From an uncultured Gammaproteobacteria bacterium (GTDB taxonomy: Bacteria; Patescibacteriota; Patescibacteriia; Patescibacteriales; UBA12465), in NCBI GenBank assembly GCA_964500975.1, contig CAZCQW010000001.1, positions 49,750-113,749 of the forward strand: DNA of 64,000 nt, given 5' to 3'. The notes beneath the pieces were generated by a model. That model saw only the letters and a list, made by a program, of their open reading frames with translations. It was not told the origin of the DNA and did not search any database. The position numbers and the translations under genes were made by a program. How positions within the stretch are numbered: position 1 is the stretch's first letter; each line of letters begins with the position of its first letter. Below are positions 15,428 through 27,100 of this stretch, one piece after another.

Positions 15428-17964
15428 ATGTCTAAAACAGATAAAGAAAACAAAGAAAATATTCAGGAAGATGCCCAAGAAGAGGATGTTAAAGTAATCC
15501 CCAACTCTCGTCGTCAAACAGAATATGGAATTATTGAAGACCAACCTTTGGTTGATGAAATGAGTAAATCTTATCTTGAATATGCAATGAGCGTTATTGT
15601 TTCTCGCGCTTTGCCTGATGTTCGCGATGGTTTAAAACCTGTTCATCGTCGTATTTTATTTGCGATGTGGAGCATTGGTTTGCGCGCTAATGTTAAATTT
15701 AGAAAGTCAGCGACTGTTGTCGGTGAAGTTTTGGGTAAGTATCATCCTCATGGCGACTCAGCTGTTTATGAATCCATGGTCCGTATGGCTCAAGATTTCT
15801 CCATGCGTTATCCACTTGTTCGTGGTCAGGTAACTTTGGGTCTATGGACGGCGATAGTGCGGCGGCTATGCGTTATACTGAAGCTAAACTCTCTACTATT
15901 TCCGAAGAAATGCTTTATGATATTGATAAAGATACAGTAGATTTTATTCCTAATTATGATGGTAGTCATAAAGAGCCACGTGTTTTACCAGCGAAATTAC
16001 CAAACTTATTATTAAACGGAACCATGGGTATTGCCGTTGGTATGGCAACTAATATTCCACCGCATAATTTGCGTGAATTGGCCGATGCGATTGATTGCTT
16101 AATTGAAAATCCGGAAGCAAGTATTGAGGATTTAACAAAGTTTGTTAAAGGTCCTGATTTCCCGACTGGCGGTATCATATACGATAAAAAAGCAATTCTT
16201 GAGGCTTATGCTACTGGTAAAGGTGGTATTGTTTTACGTGGTAAGGCTGATATCGAAGAAATGAAGGGTGGAAGTTTTCAAATTATTATTTCCGAAGTTC
16301 CTTATCAGGTTAATAAGGCGGATCTTGTTGAAAAAATTGCTGATTTAGTGAAAGATAAAAAAATTGAAGGTATTAAAGCTTTGCGCGATGAGTCTGATAA
16401 GGATGGTGTTCGCGTGGTGATGGAGCTTAAAAAAGATTCATACCCAAAAAAGATTTTAAACAGTTTATATAAGCACACATCACTGCAGACGACTTTCCAT
16501 CTTAACATGTTGGCGCTTGTTGATGGCATTCAGCCCAAGGTTTTAACTTTAAAAATGATCCTTGAGGAATATATTAAACATCGTCAAGAGATTGTTCGTC
16601 GTCGCACAGAATTTGATTTGAATAAAGCAAAAGATAGAGCCCATATCTTAGAGGGCTTAATGATAGCTTTAAAGAATATTGATGAGGTAATTAAAACCAT
16701 TAAAGCTTCCAAAGATAAAGAAATTGCTAAAGCTAATTTAATTAAGAAATTTAAATTATCTGAACGCCAAGCAGTTGCAATTTTAGAAATGCGTTTACAG
16801 AATTTAGCTAACCTAGAACAGTTAAGAATTGAAACCGAGTGGAAAGAAAAAATGGCTTTAATTAAAGAGCTTGAAGCAATTCTTAAATCAGTCGCCAGAA
16901 TGTTGAAGATTGTTAAAGATGAACTCCGGTCTTTAGTTGATAAATTTGGTGATGAAAGAAAAACTAGTGTAGTTTCTCATGCGGTTGGTGAATTTAATAT
17001 GGAGGATTTAGTTCCTAATGAAGAAACTGTAGTCATGATGACTCGCGATGGTTATATTAAAAGATTAGAACCAGATACTTTCAAAGTTCAGGCTCGTGGC
17101 GGTAAGGGTGTAATGGGATTAACTACAAAAGAAGAGGATACAGTTGAATTCATGTTCACATCCCAAACCCATAACGATGTTTTATTCTTTACGACCAAGG
17201 GTAGAGCATTTCAATTAAAAGTTTATGAAATTCCTCAAGCATCTCGCGTTGCAAAAGGAACTCCAGTTGTTAACTTTCTTCAGTTAATTGGTGGCGAGCA
17301 GATTTCATCTATTTTACCGCTAGATAAAGCTGTCTTTAGTAAATATCTTTTCTTTGCGACTGAAAAAGGTTTGGTAAAGAAAGTCGAATTAGCTGCTTTC
17401 TCTAACGTTCGTCGTTCCGGATTAATCGCGATTAAAATTAAAGATGATGATAAATTAATTTGGGTTAAGCCTACTTCTGGCAGTGACCATATTCAACTTG
17501 TAACTGCTAACGGCCAAGCAATTAATTTTAAGGAAACAGATGTTCGCGATATGGGTCGTGGTGCAGCCGGTGTTCATGGTATTCGTTTACACAAAGACGA
17601 TAAAGTTATTGGTATTGGTATTGCCAAAACCGATAAAGAGAAAAAAAGAAATTATCAGATTTTAACTATCATGGCTCATGGATTTGGTAAAAGAACTGAG
17701 TTAAGTTCTTATAAAGTTCAGGGTCGTGGTGGTAGTGGCATTAAAACCGCCAAAGTAACCGATAAGACCGGCAAGATTACTAACGCTTTCCTAGTGAACG
17801 CTGATTCAATGGAAGATAGGGATTTAATTATTATTTCCGAAAATGGCCAAGTAATCAGAACTCCATATAAAACTGTTAGCGTTCTTGGTCGCGATACCCA
17901 AGGGGTTAGAATTATGAGATTTAAGGAGGATAATGATAGGGTGGCTGGGGTTACCTGGGTCTAG
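15428..17964 (+). pseudogene. gyrA: DNA gyrase subunit A, split into two ORFs by a single-base frameshift
   Basis: ORF1 ends ..MRYPLVRGQ and then leaves the frame. ORF2's frame reads [21 protein letters not shown]... The sequence cgtggtcaggtaactttgggtctatggac lacks one G of the expected cag-ggt-aac at about 15829-15830. Confidence 0.9.
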
Positions 17965-17998
17965 TTTACGTATATAGGAAGATTTATTAACAAAATAT

Positions 17999-18496
17999 AT
18001 GAAAAATTTTATTAATGAAAATATCGGAAAAGATATTAAGAAGAATTTGAAAGAAAATATAAAGCCAAAAAAATTCCTAAAAGATTTTAAGGAGTTCGCC
18101 GTGAAAGGGAATGTGGTTGATTTAGCTGTCGCGGTTATTATTGGCGGTGCTTTTGGCAAAATTGTGTCCTCTTTAGTCGCTGACGTAGTTATGCCCTTAG
18201 TTAGTCTTTTAATTGGCGGGATAAGTTTTTCGAGCTTAAAATGGGTAATGAAGGAGGCTGTATTAGATGAAACTGGCGCAATAGAAAATGCGGCTTTAAC
18301 CATGAATCTCGGCGCCTTTCTCCAAAATATTTTTGATTTTTTAGTAATTGCGGTTGCAATTTTCTTCATGGTTAAACTTATCGGTCGCTTAAAGGCTAGA
18401 TTGGCTAAAGAAGAGGCCGTAGAAGAAAAGAAGCCAACTCCTTTAACTAAAGATCAGGAATTGTTACTTGAGATTAGAGACCTCTTAAAAAAATAA
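17999..18496 (+). CDS. mscL: Large-conductance mechanosensitive channel
   Basis: ..FKEFAVKGNVVDLAVAVIIGGAFGKIVSSLVADVVMP.. is the canonical MscL TM1 region. Confidence 0.9.
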   Translation: MKNFINENIGKDIKKNLKENIKPKKFLKDFKEFAVKGNVVDLAVAVIIGGAFGKIVSSLVADVVMPLVSLLIGGISFSSLKWVMKEAVLDETGAIENAALTMNLGAFLQNIFDFLVIAVAIFFMVKLIGRLKARLAKEEAVEEKKPTPLTKDQELLLEIRDLLKK

Positions 18497-18502
18497 ATTA
18501 AA

Positions 18503-19636
18503 ATGAATACAACTATTTTAATTTTTATTTCAGTGTTGATTTTGGCTGGCATGGTGGCGGTAATTTTTTTATTACTGAAACGTAAAGAAAATACTGGTGG
18601 TGATATAAAACTTGATGCACTCGCTGAGCGCTTAATTCAACAATCAGAAAAATTGTCCCAACTATCTACTCAAAATAGCGAATTGCGTCAGGAGTTAGAT
18701 AAAAAATTATCAGAAACACATAGAACTAATCAGGAACAGTTTGGTCAAACAACTAGAATTGTTCAAAATATTAGCGCACAATCCGCTAAATTAATTTCCG
18801 ATGTGACTGAAAAACTTACAAAGCTTGATGAAACCAATAAGCAGGTTGTAAATTTTTCCGCTCAACTTCAAAACCTACAAGATATTTTAAAAAATCCAAA
18901 ACAGAGAGGTGTTTTAGGAGAATATTTTTTAGAAGAGACTTTGAAAAATGTTTTGCCTCCAGGTTCTTATCAGATGCAATATAAAATGGGTAAGGATGAA
19001 AAGACGGGTAAGGATTTAATTGTTGATGCGGTAGTTTTTGTTAAAGATAAGGTTATTCCAATTGACGCGAAGTTTTCTTTGGAAAACTATGAAAGGATTT
19101 TAAATGCGACTGATAGCGAGTCACGAGAAAAATTTGAAGCTATTTTTAAACAGGATTTGAAAAATAGAATTGATGAAACTGCTAAGTATGTTTTGCCAGA
19201 AAGAAAAACAATGGAATTCGCTTTCATGTTTATTCCGTCGGAAGCAATCTATTACGATTTGTTGGTTAATAAAGTTGGCGCCGTTAAGGTAAATACGCGC
19301 GATTTAATCGAATATGCTTTTCGTGATAAGAAAGTTATTATTGTCTCACCTACTTCTTTTCTGGCTTATCTTCAAACAGTTTTGCAGGGCTTGAAGGCAA
19401 TGCAAATTGAAGAAAAAGCCAAGGAAATAAGGGTAAATATTGAAAAATTAGGTAAGCACATGAATAGTTATGATGACTTTATGAAGAAGCTCGGCGCCAG
19501 TATGTCGACTACAGTTAACCATTATAATAACGCCTATTTGGAATTTAAAAAGATCGATAAAGACGTCACAAAGATTACTGACAAGGAAAGTAAAATTGAG
19601 CCTTTAAAAATAGATAGACCGAAAAATGTTTCCTAG
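18503..19636 (+). CDS. rmuC: DNA recombination protein RmuC
   Basis: 377 aa with an N-terminal TM helix, a coiled coil, and then ..KQRGVLGEYFLEETL..VIPIDAKF... Confidence 0.85.
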   Translation: MNTTILIFISVLILAGMVAVIFLLLKRKENTGGDIKLDALAERLIQQSEKLSQLSTQNSELRQELDKKLSETHRTNQEQFGQTTRIVQNISAQSAKLISDVTEKLTKLDETNKQVVNFSAQLQNLQDILKNPKQRGVLGEYFLEETLKNVLPPGSYQMQYKMGKDEKTGKDLIVDAVVFVKDKVIPIDAKFSLENYERILNATDSESREKFEAIFKQDLKNRIDETAKYVLPERKTMEFAFMFIPSEAIYYDLLVNKVGAVKVNTRDLIEYAFRDKKVIIVSPTSFLAYLQTVLQGLKAMQIEEKAKEIRVNIEKLGKHMNSYDDFMKKLGASMSTTVNHYNNAYLEFKKIDKDVTKITDKESKIEPLKIDRPKNVS

Positions 19637-20525
19637 TGAAATAAAAACTGAAAAACAAATGAAAGAGGCAATCACTGGCGTGATTGTTTTCTTTGATTTA
19701 TTTGATTATCCCTTAAGCGATTTTGAAATTTGGAAGTTTCTTGATAAAAAAATTGATTTTTTAGTATTGAAGAATGAACTGTTTAATCTAAGTGAGATAG
19801 AAAGCAAAGAAGGATTTTTCTTTTTAAATGGTCGGTCAGAAATAATCATAAGCCGAAAAAAAAGACATAATTACACACAGCGAAAAATAAAAATTGCTAA
19901 GCGTTTTAGTAAAATGTTTAGCGTCTTGCCTTGGGTTAAGACTATTATTCTGTCTAATTCAATTGGCCAGTTTAATTTACGTGACGGGAGTGATATTGAT
20001 TTTTTTATAATTACCTCTCCTCATCGAATCTGGCTAACAAGATTTTTTTGCGCCGGTCTCGCCGCCCTTTTAAATAGTCGTCCAAAATTAAATAATAAAC
20101 GGGATAAGATTTGCCTAAGCTTCTATATTACGACCGACCACTTAAATCTTGATAGTCTGAAATTGCCAGAAAGTGATCCTTATTTTTTTTACTGGCTTAG
20201 AAGTTTTATTTTGTTGTATAATAGAGATAATGTTTATGAAAAATTCTTAGAAGCAAATAATTTAACAATTCCTGGTGCTCGCTGTCAGATTTATTCTAAT
20301 AGAAAAGAGATTGTAAAACAAAGTAATGCTTTTAATGTATTTGAAGAAATATCAAAAAAAATTCAATATATAATTATGTCGCCAGTTCTAAAAAAGGCGA
20401 TAAATAATTCGATCGGTGTGGTTATTAATGACAACATTTTAAAACTTTATCTTCTTGATAATCGTCAAGAATATGCAAAAAAATATGGAAACAGGCTTGA
20501 GCAAATTTTTAAGAAAAACAATTGA
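19626..20525 (+). CDS. Hypothetical protein with a possible Pol-beta-type nucleotidyltransferase motif
   Basis: 299 aa. ..LRDGSDIDFFIIT.. resembles the GS..DxD NTase motif. The family assignment is weak. Confidence 0.35.
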   Translation: MFPSEIKTEKQMKEAITGVIVFFDLFDYPLSDFEIWKFLDKKIDFLVLKNELFNLSEIESKEGFFFLNGRSEIIISRKKRHNYTQRKIKIAKRFSKMFSVLPWVKTIILSNSIGQFNLRDGSDIDFFIITSPHRIWLTRFFCAGLAALLNSRPKLNNKRDKICLSFYITTDHLNLDSLKLPESDPYFFYWLRSFILLYNRDNVYEKFLEANNLTIPGARCQIYSNRKEIVKQSNAFNVFEEISKKIQYIIMSPVLKKAINNSIGVVINDNILKLYLLDNRQEYAKKYGNRLEQIFKKNN

Positions 20526-21786
20526 ATATTTGGGCTATCTTTTTATTTTTATTTTGCCGTGGCAGGTAAAGTTAATTCTTAGGCCAGGAGAAACCAATTA
20601 TTCAGAGATTGGTCTGTATTTTAGTCATATTCTATTGTTAATTATTTTAGCTTTATTTTTATTTTTCCGTCTCAAGTTAACTGAATGTAGATATAATAAT
20701 CGCACTATCATGTATTCTGCTGCTGCTCTAGCTGCATTTACTTTAGTGTCCATTTTTTTTGCGCCGGATAAATTGTTGGCTTCTTATCATTATTCTATTT
20801 TTGTATTAGCTTTTTGCTTATTTTTTATTATTCGAATCGGTACAGAACCGCAAAATTATCAAGAAACATTATTTAATAAAATTAGTATAGTCTACATATT
20901 TCTTACTAGCATTCTCTTCCAGGCAAGTTTAGGTATATACCAATTCTTAACACAAAGCTCCTTTTCTTTTAAATATTTGGGCTTAGCTCTTCATAATCCA
21001 GATACTTTTGGAGTCGCAGTGGTTGAAACGGCTAATGGGCGCTGGTTGCGAGCTTATGGAGGAATGGATCACCCAAATATTTTAGGAGGCGTTCTAGCCA
21101 TTTCTTTAATAATGGCGGCGTATTTGCTGGCTAAAAAGAAAATGCTAAACAATCATGCACAAGTTTGGACTTCTGTATTTTTGTTTGTTTTTTATTTTAT
21201 TTCTCTTTATGCCTTGTTTTTTACTTTCTCGAGAACTGCTTGGCTTGCATTTGTTGTTGGCCTAGTCGTTCTATTAATTGAGTTAATCATTAATCGTGAT
21301 AAATGGATAATTGGTCGGTTTGTTGCCCTTCTTTTTTTCTCAGCTCTTTTACTTATGATTGCAACCGCTCCATTTCAAGACTTAGTAATGACAAGATTAA
21401 ACGCTGAAAGTCGGTTAGAGCAAAAATCAATTGATGAAAGAGCTTCTTATATTTCCGACTCAGAGGCTTTAATTAAGCAAAATCTTATAACGGGGGTGGG
21501 AATTGGAAATTATAGCGTGACAACTAGTTTGGAAGATGGTAACAAAAAACCAGCTTGGAGTTATCAGCCGGTTCATAATTCTTACTTACTTTTCTTGGTT
21601 GAAAATGGTTTATTTTCATTTGTTGCTTTGTTGGTTTTTCTATTTTTCTTAATTCGCAATGGTCGCCGCGAACTATTTACCTTAGCAATTTTTATTCCTC
21701 TACTAATCTTAATGTTTTTTGATCATTGGTTGATTAGCTTGCCTTTTGGAATTTTATTTTTATTTTTATTTTTAGGATTAATTTGA
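20473..21786 (+). CDS. O-antigen ligase / Wzy_C-family polytopic membrane protein
   Basis: About 12 hydrophobic segments, and ..FTFSRTAWLAFVVGL.. is typical of the Wzy_C loop region. Start is uncertain (20455, 20473 or 20485). The ORF ends with TGA. Confidence 0.7.
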   Translation: MQKNMETGLSKFLRKTIEYLGYLFIFILPWQVKLILRPGETNYSEIGLYFSHILLLIILALFLFFRLKLTECRYNNRTIMYSAAALAAFTLVSIFFAPDKLLASYHYSIFVLAFCLFFIIRIGTEPQNYQETLFNKISIVYIFLTSILFQASLGIYQFLTQSSFSFKYLGLALHNPDTFGVAVVETANGRWLRAYGGMDHPNILGGVLAISLIMAAYLLAKKKMLNNHAQVWTSVFLFVFYFISLYALFFTFSRTAWLAFVVGLVVLLIELIINRDKWIIGRFVALLFFSALLLMIATAPFQDLVMTRLNAESRLEQKSIDERASYISDSEALIKQNLITGVGIGNYSVTTSLEDGNKKPAWSYQPVHNSYLLFLVENGLFSFVALLVFLFFLIRNGRRELFTLAIFIPLLILMFFDHWLISLPFGILFLFLFLGLI

Positions 21787-22004
21787 TATTCTTTTTGAAG
21801 TATGAGGAGATCGGTTTCTAAATCTTTTAAGATTTTATTTAAGATGGCTGAATTAGGGTAGTCATCTTTTTTAATTTGCTCTTTGACTAGGCTTAAAACT
21901 GCGGCGATAGTTCCAAAGTAATCATTATTTTCAACATGAAATTTTACGCTAGCCTCATCGTTCACATAAGAGGGGGATTGTTTTAGCTGGTATTTTTTGA
22001 GCAT
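21723..22004 (-). CDS. Small hypothetical protein
   Basis: 93-aa ORF filling the gap between convergent neighbours. Its 3' end overlaps the previous gene by about 60 nt. Confidence 0.3.
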   Translation of the reverse strand: MLKKYQLKQSPSYVNDEASVKFHVENNDYFGTIAAVLSLVKEQIKKDDYPNSAILNKILKDLETDLLILQKEYQINPKNKNKNKIPKGKLINQ

Positions 22005-22044
22005 ACAAAAATTATGGATTAATTGAGTGGTTACTTGTAATTAA

Positions 22045-22761
22045 CTAAATAATGCTCGCAAATTTATTCTTGCCGATTATTAGATGGTCTAAAACTTCAA
22101 TATCTAAAATACGACCAGCCTCTATTAATTTATTAGTAATTTCAACATCAGCTTTAGTCGCTTTTAATATCCCTGAAGGATGGTTATGGGCAATAATTAT
22201 CGCTGCAGCCGAATATTCTAAAGCTGGGCGAAAAACTTCACGTGCCTGAATAATTGAGGCGTCAAGCGTTCCTATGGAGATTACTTCGTCGTGAATTAAT
22301 TGATAATGTGTATTTAAATATAAACCTCGAACTTGTTCTTTGTTCAGTGTTCCCATATCCTTAAGATGGGCATGAGCTTGTGCGGCGGTACGGATTGTAA
22401 TTGATCCGCCTGGTTTTTTTTGATAAAAACGACGACCAAGTTCAAAACAGGCGACTATCTGACAGGCCTTGGCTTGAGGAATATTTAAATCCTTTTCTAT
22501 TATTTTAGGGTCTTTTTGATAGGCAATGCCTTTCTCGCCATATTCACGAAGTAATCGACTAGCCATTGAGAAAACTTCTTCTTTTTTAGTTCCAACCCCT
22601 AAAACAATCGCTAAAAGCTCAATAGAGCTCAGGGCTCCGGCTCCATTTTCAATCATCTTTTCACGAGGTTTCTCCTCATCTGGCAAATCTCTGACGGCCA
22701 GGATTTTATACTGTTTACCGTGGTTTAAAACAAAATTTTTATCGCTTATTTTATAAGACAT
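22045..22761 (-). CDS. radC: RadC-family JAB/MPN-domain protein
   Basis: 238 aa with an N-terminal HhH-like region and the C-terminal JAMM motif ..IIAHNHPSG... Confidence 0.85.
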   Translation of the reverse strand: MSYKISDKNFVLNHGKQYKILAVRDLPDEEKPREKMIENGAGALSSIELLAIVLGVGTKKEEVFSMASRLLREYGEKGIAYQKDPKIIEKDLNIPQAKACQIVACFELGRRFYQKKPGGSITIRTAAQAHAHLKDMGTLNKEQVRGLYLNTHYQLIHDEVISIGTLDASIIQAREVFRPALEYSAAAIIIAHNHPSGILKATKADVEITNKLIEAGRILDIEVLDHLIIGKNKFASII

Positions 22762-22860
22762 AGAGTTGTTATTAATAAAAAGAGGGAATCTGACCTCGTC
22801 TTTAAATTATAGCAAAAATGTGATAAATTTAGAACATCCTTAATAGATTATAATAGATAC

Positions 22861-24126
22861 ATGAATATTTATAAAAAAGTCATTTTAGCAAATAAATTAC
22901 CGGTTTTTTTTGTGCCGATTAAAGATACTAAGATTTCTACTATTTTAGTCATATTTAAGACTGGTTCTAAATACGAAACTCGTGAAAATAGTGGCCTGGC
23001 TCATTTTATAGAGCACATGTTTTTTAAAGGCACTAAAAAAAGACCTAACACTTTGGCTTTATCTAGTGACCTTGATTCTTTGGGAGGAGAATTTAATGCA
23101 TTTACTTCAAAAGAATTCACTGGCTATTTATTTAAAGTTACAAACAATAAGCTATCTAAGGCTCTTGATATCGCGAGCGACATGTTATTTAACTCTAAGT
23201 TTGCCGCCGAAGAGATCGACAGAGAAAGAGGGGTGATAATTGAAGAATTAAATATGTATGAGGATAACTCTCGTATGCATATCGAAGATATCTTTGAGAT
23301 GTGTTTGTATGGCGACACTCCTGCTGGGCGAGAAACGATTGGTAGTAAAGAAAATTTGCTAAGATTCAAAAGAGAAGATTTTACAAATTTTTTAGAAAAT
23401 CAGTATGGAGCACAGAGCGCTCATGTTATTTTAGCTGGGGCCGTGACGGCTAAGGATAAAAAATTAGTGGTTAAACTTTTTTCGTGTTTTAAAGCTAATA
23501 AACAAATAGAAAAAGAGGCTGTAATCGAAAAGCAATCTAAACCTCAGATAAAAATTTATCCAAAAAAAACTGATCAGTTGTTTTTGTCGCTTGGCGTTAG
23601 AACTGCGAAGATTGATAGCGAAGATGAATTCAAATTAAGATTACTTTCAATTATTCTTGGCGGATCAATGAGTTCTCGCTTGTTTATTAATTTGCGGGAA
23701 AGAAGTAGCTTGGCCTATTTCGTAGCCACTCATACTGAATTTTATTCTGACTGTGGATATTTAACAACCGAAGCCGGAGTGCCTATTGCTAAAATTGAAG
23801 GCGCCATAAAAATTATCTTAAAAGAATATAAAAAAGTTTCTCAAGAGTTAATTCCGGCCTCTGAAATACAAAGAGCTAAGGATATTTTACAAGGCAAGGT
23901 TTTACTTCAGTTAGAGGCAAGTGATGACGTGGCTTATTGGTATGGACAACAAGCGCTTTATAGAAAAAAGCCTTTAACGCCCATAGACCTGGTTAAGACA
24001 ATAAATAAAATAAAACCCTCTGAACTTCGAGAGACGGCTAAAAAATATTTTATTAATAAGGGCTTGAATTTGGCAATTATTGGCAACGTTAGTGAAAAGA
24101 AAATAAAATCTATTTTCAAATTTTAA
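22861..24126 (+). CDS. M16-family (pitrilysin/insulinase-like) zinc peptidase
   Basis: 421 aa with the inverted zinc motif HFIEHMFFKGT (HxxEH). Confidence 0.85.
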   Translation: MNIYKKVILANKLPVFFVPIKDTKISTILVIFKTGSKYETRENSGLAHFIEHMFFKGTKKRPNTLALSSDLDSLGGEFNAFTSKEFTGYLFKVTNNKLSKALDIASDMLFNSKFAAEEIDRERGVIIEELNMYEDNSRMHIEDIFEMCLYGDTPAGRETIGSKENLLRFKREDFTNFLENQYGAQSAHVILAGAVTAKDKKLVVKLFSCFKANKQIEKEAVIEKQSKPQIKIYPKKTDQLFLSLGVRTAKIDSEDEFKLRLLSIILGGSMSSRLFINLRERSSLAYFVATHTEFYSDCGYLTTEAGVPIAKIEGAIKIILKEYKKVSQELIPASEIQRAKDILQGKVLLQLEASDDVAYWYGQQALYRKKPLTPIDLVKTINKIKPSELRETAKKYFINKGLNLAIIGNVSEKKIKSIFKF

Positions 24127-24141
24127 TATTTAAATTTTAAA

Positions 24142-27100
24142 ATGAAATCAGAATTACTTGCAAAATTGAATAAAGCTCAAGAAGCAGCCGTTACTCACGA
24201 TAAGGGCCCGCTTTTAATTGTGGCTGGCGCTGGAACAGGGAAAACCACGGTTTTGATTAATCGCCTGGCGTATTTAATTATGGAGAAAAAAGTTCCTAGC
24301 GATGAAATTTTATTATAAACATTTACAGAAAAAGCGGCCGGAGAAATGGAAGAGCGCTCAGATAAGATTCTGCCTTACGGTTATACAGATTTATGGATTA
24401 ATACTTTTCATAGCTTTGGTGAACGCTTGCTTCGTGAACATGCTCTTGATATTGGTTTAAGTGCTAATTTTAAACTTCTAACCGCCACTGAACAATGGGT
24501 TTTAATTAAGAAAAACTTAGAGCGTTTTAATCTTGATTATTATAAGCCATTAGGCAATCCAACCAAGTTCATTTCCGAATTAATTAGACATTTCTCTAGA
24601 TTAAATGATGAGAATATTTCGGTATTAGAATATGTTAAGTACGCTGATAGCTTGGAAAATGTTGAGACGACTGAAGAAGAGGAGAGTGATGAAGACGGGG
24701 ATGGTGTACTAGAAAATAGTCGTGTTAAGGAGCTCGCTCAAGCTTATCAAACCTATAAAAAATTATTATTAGAAAATAATTATTTAGACTTTGGTGATTT
24801 AATTGTTTATACAATTAAATTATTTAAAGAAAGACCAAATATTTTAAAATATTATCGTTCTAAGTTTAAGTATTTAATGGTTGATGAATTTCAGGATACA
24901 AATTTATCTCAATATGAATTAGTAAAGCTATTAGCAGCACCTGATAATAATTTAGTTGTGGTCGGTGACGACGACCAAGCTATTTATAAATTTCGCGGTG
25001 CCTCAATTTCTAATATCATGCAGTTTAAAGATGATTTCAAGGACGCGAAAGAACTTGTTTTGACAGAAAATTACCGTTCCCGCCAAGAAATTTTAGATCA
25101 TGCCTATAAATTTATCCAAAATAATAACCCTAATCGTTTAGAAGATAAATTAAAAATTGATAAGCGTTTAATAGCCAAGGGCGATGTTAATAAAAAAACA
25201 AAAAAAGAACCGGCCTTAAAGTTTTATAATTTTGAAAACGCTGCTGATGAAGTTGCTTTTGTGGCTCAGAAAATTTCTGAAACTTATGATAAGAATCAGG
25301 AAAAAGGTGAGGAAGTTTTGTGGTCTGATTTTGCAATTTTAGTCCGTGCTAATGATACCGCCGATGCCTATGTTAAAGAATTAAATCGCTATAATATTCC
25401 TAATCAGTTTATGTCTTGGCGTGGTTTGTATTATAAGCCGTTAATTTTAGATATTTTAGCTTACTTGCGTCTCCTAGATAATTATCATGAATCATCGGCA
25501 CTATTTCGCGTTTTAAATATGGAAATATTTAAAGTTTCTCATTTAGATCTAGTGACAATTAATAAGATGGCCGCTCGTAAAGTCTGGTCATTGTATGAGG
25601 CGCTATATAATATTGATAAAATACCTAATGTTAGCGAAGAGAGCTATAAAAATATTAAAAAGTTGCTAGACTCAATCGCTCGTCATTCTTTACTTGTCGC
25701 GACTCAGAAACCAACTAAGATATTTCTAACCTTTGCTTATGAATCAGGGCTGCTTGAAGGGCTTGATCACGATAGAGACTTAGAATTATATTCCTATTTA
25801 AATCAGTTCTACCAAAAGATTAAACGTTTAGAAGAAAGTGAGCCTGATTTAAGATTAAAAGATTTTCTAAGTATTATAAATTTAGAATTAGAGGCGGGCG
25901 AAACTGGATCCTTGAAGTTAGATTTTGCCGATAATGAAACAGTTAAGATTATGACGGTTCACGGCTCTAAAGGTCTAGAGTTCAAATATGTTTTTATTGT
26001 TAATTTAGTTGATAAGAAATTTCCTACTATTGCGCGAGGGGAAAAAATATCCTTGCCAGACGCTTTAGTTAAGGAAAATACTTTAAGTACGGCCGATTTT
26101 CATTTAGAAGAAGAGCGTCGTTTATTTTATGTGGCTGCAACTCGTGCAAAAGAAGAACTTTATTTAAGTGGTGCTAAGGATTACGGCGGCGTTAGAGAAA
26201 AAAAGCCGTCACGTTTTATTGCGGAAATGGAACTCACGAGTTCAGTTCTGCCCGAGTTAAAGCTTTCACAGAAGAATGAATTTCTACGTGATTTACATTA
26301 TTTAAATTCACGTGAAATCGTCGTTAATAATGAAAAAATGGCCGCTGAGAAATATCCCCTTCCGGAGAAATTTTCTTTTTCTCAGTTAGCGGCTTTTTCA
26401 ACTTGCCCGCTTCAGTATAAATTTGCCTTCGTTTTAAAAATCCCCGCTTCAACCGATAAATCCAGTCTAATTTTTGGTCGAGTTCTTCACAATACTTTGT
26501 ATAATTTCCTATTGCCAGTTCTAAGTGAGCGCCAAAAAATGGAAGGAACGCTGTTTGGTGATTTAGAAAGCGGAGAGAGTAAAAAGAAAATTTCAGAGTA
26601 TTTAAATGAGAAAAGACTCTTAGAAATTTACGAAGAATTCTGGGTCGCCGATGGTTATGATACTAAAAAGGAAAGGGAGGATTATAAAAAGAAGGGTTTA
26701 GACGCTCTTCATAAATTCTGGGTTAGCTATAGCGCTAATCCACCTAAAGAAATTTTCTTTTTGGAAAAAAAGTTTTCCTTTAAGATTGAAGGCGATATTA
26801 TTAAGGGCGCAATTGATAGAATTGATAAACATGTTGACGGTAGTCTAGAAATTATTGATTATAAAACCGGAAAAACTAAAACTAAGTTAGCTTATTCCGA
26901 GAAGCGCCAGTTAATTCTTTATCAATTATTTATTGAAGAATTTTTGCGCGTTAAAGTTAGTGCCTTAAGTTATTACTATTTAGAAAGTGGAGAGAAATTT
27001 ACTTTTACTGCTACCGCTAAAGATATTACTAAATTGAAATTAGAAATTAGAGATGAAATTGCCGCTATTAAGAAACGCGATTTTATACCAACTCCATCTC

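Noticed and set aside
15966-18369. Minus-strand ORFs 15966-16178, 16305-16529 and 17824-18369 (181 aa)
   Set aside because: They are antisense to gyrA and mscL, which have unambiguous family signatures.
22052-23369. ORFs 22052-22249 (+), 22526-22756 (+) and 23124-23369 (-)
   Set aside because: They are antisense to the radC and M16 peptidase genes.
24316-24318. Stop-codon reassignment (TAA as sense) or an alternative genetic code
   Set aside because: TAA, TAG and TGA each terminate multiple conserved genes at the expected C-termini; for example TGA ends the ORFs at 20525 and 21786. Trp is encoded by TGG. The standard code fits.
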